Source: Anaerohalosphaeraceae bacterium (lineage in GTDB: Bacteria > Planctomycetota > Phycisphaerae > Sedimentisphaerales > Anaerohalosphaeraceae). From it: 64,000 bases of DNA. Below the pieces are notes generated by a model. That model was not told where the DNA came from. It did no database searches and was given only the letters and a program-made list of their open reading frames with translations. Below, piece after piece: positions 1 to 9,968 of this stretch; the stretch's first letter is position 1, and every line of letters starts with the position of its first letter. Location of the stretch: the NCBI GenBank assembly GCA_963675525.2, contig CAXXSL010000016.1:128001-192000 (forward strand), read 5' to 3'. A program made the position numbers and the translations under genes.

Positions 1-2
1 GT

Positions 3-974
3 GATACGCCGGACGAACTGTATCGCAAAGTCCGGCAGATGGCATGGGAGGACATGATCTCACCGGACGAATACGTCAGCGTCGTCACACGCGTCGACAC
101 GCCGACGATCGATAACACCATGTTCGCCGGACTGCGGGTCAAAGACGGTATCGTAGACCGCATCCTCAAGCAAACCGACTCCCGCCCCAACTCCGGCAAG
201 GAACGGGATAACATCGTTGTTCAGCTCTACTGGAAAGGCAAGACCTGCAAATTATACCTGAATACGTCGGGGCAGAAAATTTCCGACCGCAGCTACCGCA
301 AGGTCATGACCGATGCCCCGATGCGGGAATCGCTGGCCGCGGCATTGATTATGGCGACCGGTTATGACGGCACGCAGCCGCTGGTCTGCCCGATGTGCGG
401 GAGCGGAACATTGCCCATTGAAGCGGCGCTGATGGCAACCCGACGTGTGCCCGCCCTGCTGCGAAGTAACTTCGGATTTATGCATACCAAATTTTATGAC
501 GAGACGGCCTGGCATGCGATGCGAACCGAGGCACTAAAGCAAAGTAAAAAACGTGGCGGCAAAACCGAGTTTACACCCGCACCGATTATCGCCACTGATA
601 TCGACTCGTGGGCGGTCGAGGCCGCCAGGCGCAACGCCCAAACCGCCGGGGTTGACCATTTGATCGAATTTGCCAAATGCGACTTTGCCGAAACGGCCGT
701 TCCGGAAGATGGCGGCATTGTGATTATGAATCCCGAATACGGCATGCGGATGGGCGATTTGGAAAAACTGGAAGAAACGTATAGCCGCATCGGCGATTTC
801 TTCAAACAGAAATGCGCCGGCTATACCGGATATGTCTTTACCGGGAATATGGATTTGGCGAAAAAAGTGGGCCTTCGAACCAGCCGGAGAATGGTATTTT
901 TCAACGGCGGTATCGAATGTCGACTCCTCAAATATGAACTTTACACCGGAACCCGCAAAGTGCGGGACCCATGA
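3..974 (+). CDS. THUMP-domain class I SAM-dependent RNA methyltransferase (RlmL-like), 5'-truncated by window
   Basis: Frame is open from the window start. Motifs APMRESLAAA, PMCGSGT and NPEYG are typical of the RlmL/UPF0020 family. Confidence 0.85.
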   Translation, partial: DTPDELYRKVRQMAWEDMISPDEYVSVVTRVDTPTIDNTMFAGLRVKDGIVDRILKQTDSRPNSGKERDNIVVQLYWKGKTCKLYLNTSGQKISDRSYRKVMTDAPMRESLAAALIMATGYDGTQPLVCPMCGSGTLPIEAALMATRRVPALLRSNFGFMHTKFYDETAWHAMRTEALKQSKKRGGKTEFTPAPIIATDIDSWAVEAARRNAQTAGVDHLIEFAKCDFAETAVPEDGGIVIMNPEYGMRMGDLEKLEETYSRIGDFFKQKCAGYTGYVFTGNMDLAKKVGLRTSRRMVFFNGGIECRLLKYELYTGTRKVRDP

Positions 975-978
975 ATAT

Positions 979-1013
979 AAAAAAAGAAAGGCGAGAACAA
1001 CGTCTCGCCCTTC
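979..1013 (-). terminator. Intrinsic terminator of candidate ncRNA A
   Basis: Minus strand GAAGGGCGAGA-CGTTGT-TCTCGCCTTTC followed by a T run. Confidence 0.75.
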
Positions 1014-1019
1014 CTCTTG

Positions 1020-1183
1020 TTCATGGTCCCTATCCAGTTTTCTTTGTGCCGCGAGGTGCAGCCTTTTGTGAAAATGCCGATACCATCGGCTCTGCACTAC
1101 ATTCTTAACCCTCACTCCACTTAAAAAGCATACACGTCATTTTAGCAACCGCGGCCTACAGGCCGCACTGTGAACCATGCTAA
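1020..1183 (-). ncRNA. Candidate structured ncRNA A (unassigned family)
   Basis: Extended -10 TGtTATAAT (hexamer 1190-1195), terminal helix CATGGTTC/GGACCATG, several internal hairpins, own terminator, no credible ORF. Confidence 0.55.
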
Positions 1184-1432
1184 TTAATAATTATAACAAA
1201 TCGGTTCAGGAAACGGTAAAAAAAACGTAAATTCATCAAAAAAACATCAAAAACCGTGTTTTTGGCGGATTTTGGCCTTCCTTTATGATGCCAATCCGGG
1301 TGTTTTTTTCCTGGTTTCAGCTTCAAGATATTCATCGTTTTAATTGCCCGATTTGCCCTGATTATAATAAGACTTAAGGGGCCATGAATCAGAATAAAGG
1401 CAGGCCGCCATACTGTTGTGCTGAACCACGAA

Positions 1433-4400
1433 TCAAGTTCGGGGCAACACTTTTTCGGGTTTGTGTTTTTTGAAGCGGAGTTTATCCGCCAGTTTCTGGA
1501 TAACAACGTAAAAGACCGGGATCATCAGCACCCCAAAGATCGTTGCGGCAAGCATACCGCCGAAAACAGTCGTTCCCAGCGACCGTCTGGCAACAGCACC
1601 GGCACCGGAGGCGATGACCAGCGGCACCACACCAAGGACGAACGTAAAGGCCGTCATGAGAATCGGGCGAAAGCGCAGACGCGCAGCGGTGACCGCCGAG
1701 TCGATAAGATCGTGTCCTTCGTCATGATGTTGTTTGGCAAACTCGACCAATAAAATGGCGGTTTTGGTAGACAGGCCGATCAGCAGGACAATCCCGATCT
1801 GGGTATACACATTATTGTCATACAGGCGGAGCATATTCGCGATCACCGCCCCGAACAGAGACAATGGCACTGACATTACAATGGCAATTGGCACGAACCA
1901 GCTTTCGTACTGAGCGGCCAAAAACAGGAATACAAACACGGACGCAAGGGTAAAGATGATCGGGGCCTTGTTGCCGGCGAGGATTTCCTGGTAACTCAAA
2001 CCGGACCATTCGTAGCCCATCTGCTCGGGCAGGTTTTCATCAAGGATTTTTTCCATCTCGGCCATGGCCTGGCCGGAACTGTAAATGGGTATCGGCAATC
2101 CCATGATCGTGGTAGCCGGGTACAGGTTATAGTGTGATACAGACTGCGGGCCGGCAACATCAGAGATACCGACAAATGTTCGCAAGGGTATCATTTGACC
2201 GTCCCGGTTTCGTACCTCCAGCTTCAGAATATCCTGTGCATCGGCTCGAAACTGTTCCTGGGCCTGCAATATAACGCGATAGGTTCGACCGAACAGGTTC
2301 AGGTCGTTGACATAGGCCGTACCCAGATTGGCCTGCAATGTTGTGAACACATCATCAAGCGAAATGCCAAGCCGGGTCACTTTGACGCGGTCGATGGCGA
2401 GATACAACTGCGGCACATCAGCACGGAAGTCGCTGTTAACAAATATAAACATCGGATTTTGACTTCCCGCAGACTGCACCCTGTCGCCGGCTTCCTGCAG
2501 CGCGTCCAGTCCCAGTCCGCCGCGATCCTGGACTTTCAGTTCGATCCCCCCTACCATTCCCACATGAATCGGCGGAGGAACAAAGGTTAAGCATTTTGCA
2601 TCCAGTATTCCCCCCACCCGCTGGGTTATTTGCTGTGAAATCGTTTGCACGGACAGTTCTTTACCCGGACGCTCATTCCAGGGTTTAAGCATGACGAAAT
2701 AGAAGGCCACATTCGGACTGGCGGTGTTCGTAAATAACGAAAAACCGCCAATCGTGACATATTCGTGGATGCCGGGCGTTTCTTCGAGCATGACATTGAT
2801 TTGCTTGGTAACCTCGGACGTTCGTTCGATGCCGGCCCCCGGGGGCAGTTCCACATTAACGAAGAAGTACCCTTCGTCTTCATTTGGCATAAAGCCGGAG
2901 GGAATCAGCTTGAATCCCATCCAGGTCGCTCCGGCCAAAATAACGAACATGATCATAGTCATGGCAGTATGGCGGGTAATATGTTCGACGATGCGCATAT
3001 AACCGTTGGTCGTACGTTTCAGGAAGCGGTCGAACATCCCGATAAAGCCGCGATGCTTAAACGACGGCCGCAGGAATAATCCACACAGTGCCGGACTGAG
3101 TGTCAATGCGTTGATAGTCGAAAAGACCGTCGCGGTGGAGATGGTCATGGCAAACTGAGAGTAGAGCCGGCCTGAAATGCCGCCGATCAGTGCCGTCGGA
3201 ACAAATACCGCCAGCAGCACCAGTGTGGTGGCGATCACCGGGCCGGTAATCTGTTTCATCGCTTTGATGGCCGCCTCTTTGGCTGACAGCTTTTCCTCAT
3301 CAATGATGCGGGAGCAGTTCTCCACAACAATGATCGCATCATCAACGACAATACCAATGGCCAGCACCAGTCCGAACAGGGTCAGGGTGTTAATGGACAT
3401 GCCGAACAGCATCATCACCGCGAAAGTACCGATCAGCGAGACGGGGATGGTGACGGCGGGAATCAAGGTTGCCCGCCAGTCTTCGAGGAAAATATACACC
3501 GTCAGGATAACCAGCAGCGCAGCAATAAACAACGTTGTGAAAACTTCACGGATGGATTCGGAGATAAACTTCGTCGGATCAAATGCGATCTTGTATTCCA
3601 AATCCTCAGGAAAACTTTTAGCAAGTCCGGCCATCGTGTTTCGGATGTTTTCAGCCACTTTAAGCGAATTGGCTCCGGGTAGCTGGAACACGCCCAGTGC
3701 CACCGCCGGCTTACCGTTCAATTCAACAAACCAATTGTATTGCTCGGAGCCCAGTTCCAGGCGGGCAACATCCTTCAGATACAGGATACGTCCATCGGGT
3801 GTGGTCCGGATGACGATATTTTCAAACTGCTCGACGCTGCTGAGTCGTCCGAGAGTTTTGATGGTGTACTGAAAGGGTTCGGCGTTGTCCATAGGCGGAG
3901 CGCCGATTTGGCCGGCCGCGACTTCGACGTTCTGGCTGCGCAGGGCCGCCATGATATCCATGACGGTCAGTCCGCGGGCCTTAAGCAACTCCGGGTCCAG
4001 CCAGACACGCATGCTGAAATTCTTGGCCCCAAAGACCTCAATGTTGCCCACGCCAGGCACACGCGAGAGCGGGTCGCGGAGATAAATGTTGATGTAGTTA
4101 CTCATGTAGGTTTCATCGTGTGTCCCGTTAGGGGACTCGAGGCTGACCACAAGCGTGATGTTGGTGGACTGTTTCTGCGTGATGACGCCGTAGCGGCGGA
4201 CCTCCTCCGGCAACAGCGGTTCGGCTATGGCGACGCGGTTCTGTACAAGCACGGTTGCCATATCCACATCGACGCCGACTTCGAAGGTGACCGTCAGGGT
4301 CATGGTGCCGTCATCAGAACTTTGGGAAGACATATAGAGCATACCGTCGACGCCATTGATTTGCTCTTCGAGGGGTGTGGCGACGGTTTCGGCAATCACA

Positions 4401-4567
4401 TCAGCATTAGCACCGGGAAAGCGTGCGGTTACGACCACGGTCGGCGGTGTAATATCCGGGGTTTTTTCAATCGGCAGCAAAGGAAATGTAATCGCACCGA
4501 TCAGTACGATGACGATCGAGATAACCGTTGCGAAAATAGGCCGTTTGATGAAAAAGGTACTAAGCAT
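1433..4567 (-). CDS. RND efflux permease (AcrB/HAE1 family)
   Basis: 1044 aa; FIKRPIFA start, GIVVDDAIIVVEN and RFRPILMT motifs. Confidence 0.95.
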   Translation of the reverse strand: MLSTFFIKRPIFATVISIVIVLIGAITFPLLPIEKTPDITPPTVVVTARFPGANADVIAETVATPLEEQINGVDGMLYMSSQSSDDGTMTLTVTFEVGVDVDMATVLVQNRVAIAEPLLPEEVRRYGVITQKQSTNITLVVSLESPNGTHDETYMSNYINIYLRDPLSRVPGVGNIEVFGAKNFSMRVWLDPELLKARGLTVMDIMAALRSQNVEVAAGQIGAPPMDNAEPFQYTIKTLGRLSSVEQFENIVIRTTPDGRILYLKDVARLELGSEQYNWFVELNGKPAVALGVFQLPGANSLKVAENIRNTMAGLAKSFPEDLEYKIAFDPTKFISESIREVFTTLFIAALLVILTVYIFLEDWRATLIPAVTIPVSLIGTFAVMMLFGMSINTLTLFGLVLAIGIVVDDAIIVVENCSRIIDEEKLSAKEAAIKAMKQITGPVIATTLVLLAVFVPTALIGGISGRLYSQFAMTISTATVFSTINALTLSPALCGLFLRPSFKHRGFIGMFDRFLKRTTNGYMRIVEHITRHTAMTMIMFVILAGATWMGFKLIPSGFMPNEDEGYFFVNVELPPGAGIERTSEVTKQINVMLEETPGIHEYVTIGGFSLFTNTASPNVAFYFVMLKPWNERPGKELSVQTISQQITQRVGGILDAKCLTFVPPPIHVGMVGGIELKVQDRGGLGLDALQEAGDRVQSAGSQNPMFIFVNSDFRADVPQLYLAIDRVKVTRLGISLDDVFTTLQANLGTAYVNDLNLFGRTYRVILQAQEQFRADAQDILKLEVRNRDGQMIPLRTFVGISDVAGPQSVSHYNLYPATTIMGLPIPIYSSGQAMAEMEKILDENLPEQMGYEWSGLSYQEILAGNKAPIIFTLASVFVFLFLAAQYESWFVPIAIVMSVPLSLFGAVIANMLRLYDNNVYTQIGIVLLIGLSTKTAILLVEFAKQHHDEGHDLIDSAVTAARLRFRPILMTAFTFVLGVVPLVIASGAGAVARRSLGTTVFGGMLAATIFGVLMIPVFYVVIQKLADKLRFKKHKPEKVLPRT

Positions 4568-4575
4568 GACAACTC

Positions 4576-5781
4576 CTATTGGATATCCGCCGGAGCGGTT
4601 GTTTCGTTATTTTCTGCAGGCTGTGACTGGGCCTGCATGTATTCGTCTTCCGTGAGGGGTTTGACTTCATCTCCGGCTTTGACGAACTGCAATCCCGATA
4701 CAATGTAGGTCTCACCGGCCGACAAGCCGGAGGCGATGACCTGTAGTGAACCTTTCTGGCGGCCGAGCCGGACCGGGCGATGGCGAACAATATTGTTCTC
4801 ATCAACAATGAGCAGGTATTTGCCGCCGAGATCGGTGCCGACGGCCTTGGGCCGCACCAGAACGGCATTGTGGATAGATTCAGCAGGTACCTGCAGCCGG
4901 ACAAACATCCCCGGATAGAGTTGGTTGTCCGGATTCGGCACAATGCCGCGTATCTGAATAGTGCCGGTTTCCGGATCCACCCTGTTGTCCATATAATCCA
5001 GGCGGCCCTGGTGTTCATATTGCTCTTTATTGGCTAGGCTCAAAGAGAGCGTCAGTTCGTTGGGCTCCATGGCTAAATCCTGGCGGACGTTTTTGGTGTA
5101 GTTGAGGTATTCGCTTTCGCCGGCATGGAAATAGACGTAGATCGGGTCGAGTTTGACGACAGTGGTCAGGAGTGTGTTCTCGCCGGCACCGACCAGATTG
5201 CCCTCATCAACATAGTTGCGGCTGACCTTACCGTCGATGGGTGATGCGATGCGAGTGTAGCTGAGATTTAGCTCGGTCTGGGTCAGGGCCGCCTTGGCCG
5301 AGAGGACGGCGGCTTCGGCCATATCATACTGGGCTTTGTAGGCGCTGACCTGTTGTTTGCTGATGGCATTGCTTTTGACCGCTTGCTGGGCACGTTCGTA
5401 ATCCAGACTGGCACGTTCCAAATCCGCCTCCGCAGATTTAAGTGATGCAAGAGCACGGTCACGCTCGGCTTTGTAACTATCAGGCTCGATTTCAAACAGC
5501 AGATCACCCTTTTTAACAAAGGCGCCGTCTTTGAACGCCACCTGACGCAGATATCCTCCCACCCGGGCACGAATATCAACCGATTCGATGGAGGCCAGGT
5601 TGCCGGTGAACTCGTCATAATTGAGTACGTCTTCAATAATGGGGTTGGCGACTACAACGGGCATGGATGTCTGCTCCGGCCACATGCCCGAAGACATCAT
5701 ACGTTTGATCGTCCATAAGAAAAAACCCGCCAAAACAATGGTGATAAGAATAAAAATAATGATTGCCTTGAGATGTTTCAT
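4576..5781 (-). CDS. RND periplasmic adaptor (membrane fusion protein)
   Basis: N-terminal TM, VDIRARVGG, IASPIDG, LYPGMFV. Start chosen at MKHLK. Confidence 0.92.
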   Translation of the reverse strand: MKHLKAIIIFILITIVLAGFFLWTIKRMMSSGMWPEQTSMPVVVANPIIEDVLNYDEFTGNLASIESVDIRARVGGYLRQVAFKDGAFVKKGDLLFEIEPDSYKAERDRALASLKSAEADLERASLDYERAQQAVKSNAISKQQVSAYKAQYDMAEAAVLSAKAALTQTELNLSYTRIASPIDGKVSRNYVDEGNLVGAGENTLLTTVVKLDPIYVYFHAGESEYLNYTKNVRQDLAMEPNELTLSLSLANKEQYEHQGRLDYMDNRVDPETGTIQIRGIVPNPDNQLYPGMFVRLQVPAESIHNAVLVRPKAVGTDLGGKYLLIVDENNIVRHRPVRLGRQKGSLQVIASGLSAGETYIVSGLQFVKAGDEVKPLTEDEYMQAQSQPAENNETTAPADIQ

Positions 5782-5806
5782 AAGATTACTCGCTTTCCTG
5801 CTATAT

Positions 5807-7282
5807 TTACATTGCGTTATCGCTCGAATTGTCTGTCTGCCCGTCAGTTTCGGATTGCGGCTGTACATCCTCGCCCCAGCCGCCCAGCGCCTTATAGATG
5901 CGAATCAGATTTTGCACAACCTGACCTTCGCTTTGAGCCAGTTTATCTTCCTGCTGAAACTGACTGCGCTGCAAAATCAGCACATTCTGGAAATCGATCA
6001 GGCCGTTTTTGTACTGTGTCGTTACCAATTCCACTGAGGCCTTCGCAGCGGCGACCGACTGCTGGAGTAATGCTTTACGCTGCCGCTCCTGAACATAATC
6101 CGTCATCGCATTCTCAACATCCTCCAGTGCAGCCAAAACAGTGCTGTGATACTGCCAGTACAATTGTTTTGTTTTACTCTCCTCGATTTTAATTTGGTTG
6201 CGAATGCGGTCACCGTCAAAAATGTTCCAACGAAACGATGGACCAAAACCGTAATACTGACTCCCGTTTTTGGACACATCCGAAAAGTTCATGGCTTCAA
6301 AACCGATATTGCCGCTCAATGAAAAACTGGGATACAGATCCGCCGTGGCATACCCGATCTGAGCCGTTTGCGCAGCCAGTTCTCTTTCGGCTCTGCGGAT
6401 GTCCGGACGCTGCCGTAACAGTTCAGCCGGGGCCTGTATGCCGATTTCCGCCGGCGGCATGGGAAGAGGTTTGACATCAGCTAACAATTCAGTAAGTTCG
6501 CCCGGTTGCTTCCCTGTCAGCACGCACAGACGGTTGATTGCCGCTTTTTCTGCACTGCGAAGGCTCGGTATCTGCGACTGGGTATCAGCCAGATTCAGCC
6601 TGGCCTGTTCGACATCCAGCCGAGGCGCCAGTTCCGAATCAAAACGCGCCTGGGCTAAATTCAGCGTCTCGTCCTGGGATTCAATATTTTGCAGGGCGTA
6701 CCCCATTCGGGCCTGGACCGTTCGCAGTTCCACATAATTGCGGGCAACCTCTGCTGATAATGACACCAGCACATCTCGGTAATTTTCAATTCGCGCTTCG
6801 TAAGACGCCTCTGCGGATTCCAAAGCCCGTTTGAAGCGTCCGAAAACGTTCGACTCCCACGACGCATCGAAGCCGACCGAATGCATGTTATACGGATTCG
6901 TGGGCAGCGGCATCAACCCTTTCTCGCTGGCGCGGGTGCGCGAATAGGAACCGGCCGCATCGACAGACGGATAAAATTCCCCGGAAACATAGTCTCGTGC
7001 ATAGCGGGACTGCATCAGACTCCAGTAGGCGCTTTCCAAGTCCGGATTGTTTTGCCGGACCTGCCGGACTAATTCGTTCAGGGTCGGATCATTGAGCAAT
7101 TCCCACCACTGCGCAGGCATCGAATCGGCTGTTTTGAATCCCTCGGCGAGTTGCTGATACCACTGGTCCGGCATGTCTATCGTCGGCACCTGATAATCCG
7201 GCCCGACCGTACACCCTGCCACACACAGTATCAGACCAAGACCAATCCATCGTCTATATTTTTTCATGCACACTTTCATCAT
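5807..7282 (-). CDS. Outer-membrane efflux factor lipoprotein (NodT/OprM family)
   Basis: Lipobox VAGC-TVGPDY, LLRQRPDIRRAE, YKALGGW C-terminus. Confidence 0.92.
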   Translation of the reverse strand: MMKVCMKKYRRWIGLGLILCVAGCTVGPDYQVPTIDMPDQWYQQLAEGFKTADSMPAQWWELLNDPTLNELVRQVRQNNPDLESAYWSLMQSRYARDYVSGEFYPSVDAAGSYSRTRASEKGLMPLPTNPYNMHSVGFDASWESNVFGRFKRALESAEASYEARIENYRDVLVSLSAEVARNYVELRTVQARMGYALQNIESQDETLNLAQARFDSELAPRLDVEQARLNLADTQSQIPSLRSAEKAAINRLCVLTGKQPGELTELLADVKPLPMPPAEIGIQAPAELLRQRPDIRRAERELAAQTAQIGYATADLYPSFSLSGNIGFEAMNFSDVSKNGSQYYGFGPSFRWNIFDGDRIRNQIKIEESKTKQLYWQYHSTVLAALEDVENAMTDYVQERQRKALLQQSVAAAKASVELVTTQYKNGLIDFQNVLILQRSQFQQEDKLAQSEGQVVQNLIRIYKALGGWGEDVQPQSETDGQTDNSSDNAM

Positions 7283-7320
7283 ATATCATATCCTGTTCTG
7301 TCTGTCGCGATAATGATTGC

Positions 7321-7929
7321 TTATGAAGGACGGATTGTCAAGTAAGACAAGAAAAATTCCGTCAACTCATCGACATCTTTTTCCATTTCATAATCCTGCA
7401 GCCAGCTTTGTATTTCAATCATGCCGATGATCGTAGAAAAAAAATACTTGGCCGTAGGAGCCGGGTCGATCTTTCTGAATTGCTGCCGGGCAATGCCTTC
7501 CGACAAAATTCTTGCGATGCAACTTCGCGCTTGATTAAGCCCGTCCTGTTTTCTGGATTTGGGAATTTTGGCCTTGACGCCGAATTTTTCCGCTAAGTCA
7601 AAGACAATATGATGCTCTTTGCAAAACTTAAAAATTTCATGAGCGACAGATTTTAATTTCTCATCGGGACTCAGTGCCGAATCTGTAACACGTTCGATCT
7701 TGTTCAAAATAATGCCGTGCAGTCTTTCATCCACAAAAGTAAGCAATTCGACTTTGTTTTTAAAATAGTTGTACAGTGTCCCGGTCGCGATGCCTGCTGC
7801 ATCCGCGATATCATGCATTTTGAGCTGCTCGCCCTGCTGCTGCGCAATAACTTGCAGCGTCGCCTCGTAAATAGCCTGACGGGCGGCCCGCTCTTTTAAT
7901 TCTTTCTGTTTTTCCGCAAACGAACTCAT
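7321..7929 (-). CDS. TetR/AcrR family regulator
   Basis: HTH IADAAGIATGTLYNYFKNK; first gene of the efflux operon. Confidence 0.92.
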   Translation of the reverse strand: MSSFAEKQKELKERAARQAIYEATLQVIAQQQGEQLKMHDIADAAGIATGTLYNYFKNKVELLTFVDERLHGIILNKIERVTDSALSPDEKLKSVAHEIFKFCKEHHIVFDLAEKFGVKAKIPKSRKQDGLNQARSCIARILSEGIARQQFRKIDPAPTAKYFFSTIIGMIEIQSWLQDYEMEKDVDELTEFFLSYLTIRPS

Positions 7930-7970
7930 AAACGGCTCTTGATATTCACAGTACTATGTATATCGATTAA

Positions 7971-8014
7971 AATGAACAAGCATTCATTTTAGTGAATTCT
8001 AGTTCATTCGTCAA
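7971..8014 (-). promoter_or_regulatory. sigma70 promoter overlapped by two inverted-repeat operators
   Basis: TTGACG(8009-8014)-N17-TAAAAT(7986-7991). Palindromes AATGAA-N6-TTCATT (7971-7988) and AGTGAA-N6-TTCATT (7991-8008). Confidence 0.7.
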
Positions 8015-8120
8015 GCAAGAAAAGATTTTTCAAAATAAAAGATGCTCATTTTAAAATAAGGACATTGTCGGTCTATGACAAACTGTTGACTTTTTGGTTT
8101 TTTTCGCTACAATCGCGGGT

Positions 8121-8846
8121 ATGATTTCGATAGAAATACTGAATGCCTTTGGGGATAACTACATTTATCTGGTCGAGTATGAGCCTCAAAGCTGTTTCGT
8201 GGTCGATCCCGGCGACGCGGAACCAGTGCGGTCGCTTATCCAACAGCGTAACCTGAAACTGACGCATATTCTGGCAACGCATCATCATTTTGACCACATC
8301 GGCGGGATGGGGGAACTGAAAAAGGCGTACGGCTGTGAAATCATCGGGCCGGACCATCAAAGGATTGCCGGAATCGATACACTTGTGCAGAATGGTGATG
8401 TACTCACGGTTGGGGATATGTCGATTCGCTGTCTGGCTACGCCGGGACATACATCGACGGAAGTTTGTTATTATGTAACCGGCAAAGAACTTGATGCGGC
8501 GGTGCTTTTTACGGGTGATACGCTGTTTGTCTGCGGTTGCGGCAGGCTGTTCGAATGCGACGGCGAGACAATGTATGCGTCGCTGCAGAAACTCGCCGCA
8601 CTGCCGGACGAAACACGTATTTATCCCGGCCACAATTATACGGAGGAAAACCTGCGGTTTGCCCTGACTCTTTCGCCGGAAAATGAATTGTTAAAGAAAA
8701 AACTCAGCGAAGTACGATTGAACACCCAGCAAGGCCGCCCAACAGTGCCCTCGACGATCGCGGAGGAAAAACAACACAATCCCTTCCTGAAAGCCCCAAC
8801 ATGGCAGCAATTCGCTCAACGGCGAAAAAGAAAAGACATCTTTTGA
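8121..8846 (+). CDS. gloB: Hydroxyacylglutathione hydrolase (glyoxalase II)
   Basis: DNYIY, THHHFDH, TPGHT, FTGDTLFVCGCGRLFE, PSTIAEEKQHNPF. Confidence 0.9.
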   Translation: MISIEILNAFGDNYIYLVEYEPQSCFVVDPGDAEPVRSLIQQRNLKLTHILATHHHFDHIGGMGELKKAYGCEIIGPDHQRIAGIDTLVQNGDVLTVGDMSIRCLATPGHTSTEVCYYVTGKELDAAVLFTGDTLFVCGCGRLFECDGETMYASLQKLAALPDETRIYPGHNYTEENLRFALTLSPENELLKKKLSEVRLNTQQGRPTVPSTIAEEKQHNPFLKAPTWQQFAQRRKRKDIF

Positions 8847-9074
8847 GGAATCCCGCCAAATAACTGTGCGCCGGCGAAATCCTCGGGATCAGGTAAAAAA
8901 ATAAATAAAACCCGTATTTTTCATCAATTTTCTGATTTTTATCCCTTTTTTTGTCAATTCTACCCCGCCCAAATGCGTCTTTATAATATGCAGGAACAGG
9001 ATACGGGAACAGGGTCTATGTCGAGAATCGCCAAAAAACTTTGATGATGAAACATTAAGTCGAAAGGGATTACG

Positions 9075-9488
9075 GTGAAAATTAAGTGGGGCACAAGCTT
9101 ATCTGTCGGAATTCCGGAGATCGACGAAGGCAATAAGCAACTCATCCAAACATTCGATCTCATCGAGAAACATCGAAATGATGATGTGAAAGCCGAACCG
9201 GTATCCCTGGTTGTTGAACAAATGCGGAAACACGCATCGGCTCATTTTTCTCATGAAGAAAAATATATGCTGGCAGTTAATTACCCCCATTATTATGCCC
9301 ATAAAGACGAGCACAAACAATTCAGAGAAAAAACCGCCGCATTGTGCATCAATGTGATGAACCATAAAAAGACCGCCCCAATGGATATTTATAATTATCT
9401 CTCCGGCTGGGTCATCGACCATATCCTCCATACCGACAAAGAAATCGGGCAGTTTGTGCAAAACAGACAGACATTCGCCAAGGTATGA
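9075..9488 (+). CDS. Bacteriohemerythrin-like protein
   Basis: W..SLSVGIPEID, HFSHEE, HKDEH, W..DHILHTD. Confidence 0.85.
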   Translation: MKIKWGTSLSVGIPEIDEGNKQLIQTFDLIEKHRNDDVKAEPVSLVVEQMRKHASAHFSHEEKYMLAVNYPHYYAHKDEHKQFREKTAALCINVMNHKKTAPMDIYNYLSGWVIDHILHTDKEIGQFVQNRQTFAKV

Positions 9489-9558
9489 CGTGAGTACAAA
9501 AAAAGCACATTAAACAACAAGATGCCCTTTTCTCACATGTGTACCTATGCTCTCAAAA

Positions 9559-9580
9559 AACTGGGGTACAGGAATTCGAA
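9559..9580. repeat. att-like direct repeat of the tRNA-Gln 3' end
   Basis: AACTGGGGTACAGGAATTCGAA matches 11445-11466 at 21 of 22 positions. Confidence 0.85.
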
Positions 9581-9782
9581 TTGTTGATAGAGTATGGATA
9601 CACGATCCTGACAATGGTAAGTTTGCTCAGAATTCTTTGGGGAGCCTCTATTCGATTGCGCCTGTGAAATATAAACTTCCATCTTGAACCGAGCATCTTG
9701 TGACAGAGAAATAGGACCGCATGATGAAGTTTGTGGTCTTATTTTCATCCCCCTTTACAAACAACCATTAAGGAAAGAAAAT

Positions 9783-9827
9783 AAAAAAAACAAAAAATGG
9801 GAGAGCATAACGCCGCTCTCCCATTTT
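9783..9827 (-). terminator. Intrinsic terminator of candidate ncRNA B
   Basis: AAAATGGGAGAGC-N8-GCTCTCCCATTTT with a long T tract on the minus strand. Confidence 0.8.
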
Positions 9828-9829
9828 AT

Positions 9830-9968
9830 TAATGGCTCTTCGCTTATAAGATTTAGCCTCTAACTGTTCCTGCCTCACTTGCCACCCGCCATGTGAAACA
9901 CTCACGGTTCAGCGATTCCAGTCTTGGCTAATATAACCCAGTGGGTCACTTATTAAGAGCCATAATGT
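9830..9968 (-). ncRNA. Candidate structured ncRNA B (same architecture as A)
   Basis: -10 CATAAT (9975-9980); nested helices ATGGCTCTT/AAGAGCCAT, ATAAG/CTTAT, TTAGCC/GGCTAA, ACTG/CAGT; terminator; no ORF. Confidence 0.55.

Noticed and set aside
9545..9748. 67-aa ORF in the islet
   Set aside because: Runs through the att repeat and has no recognisable motifs; unsupported.
9830..9968. Retron msr-msd or group II intron domain V
   Set aside because: No reverse transcriptase in the window, and the domain V consensus is not met.
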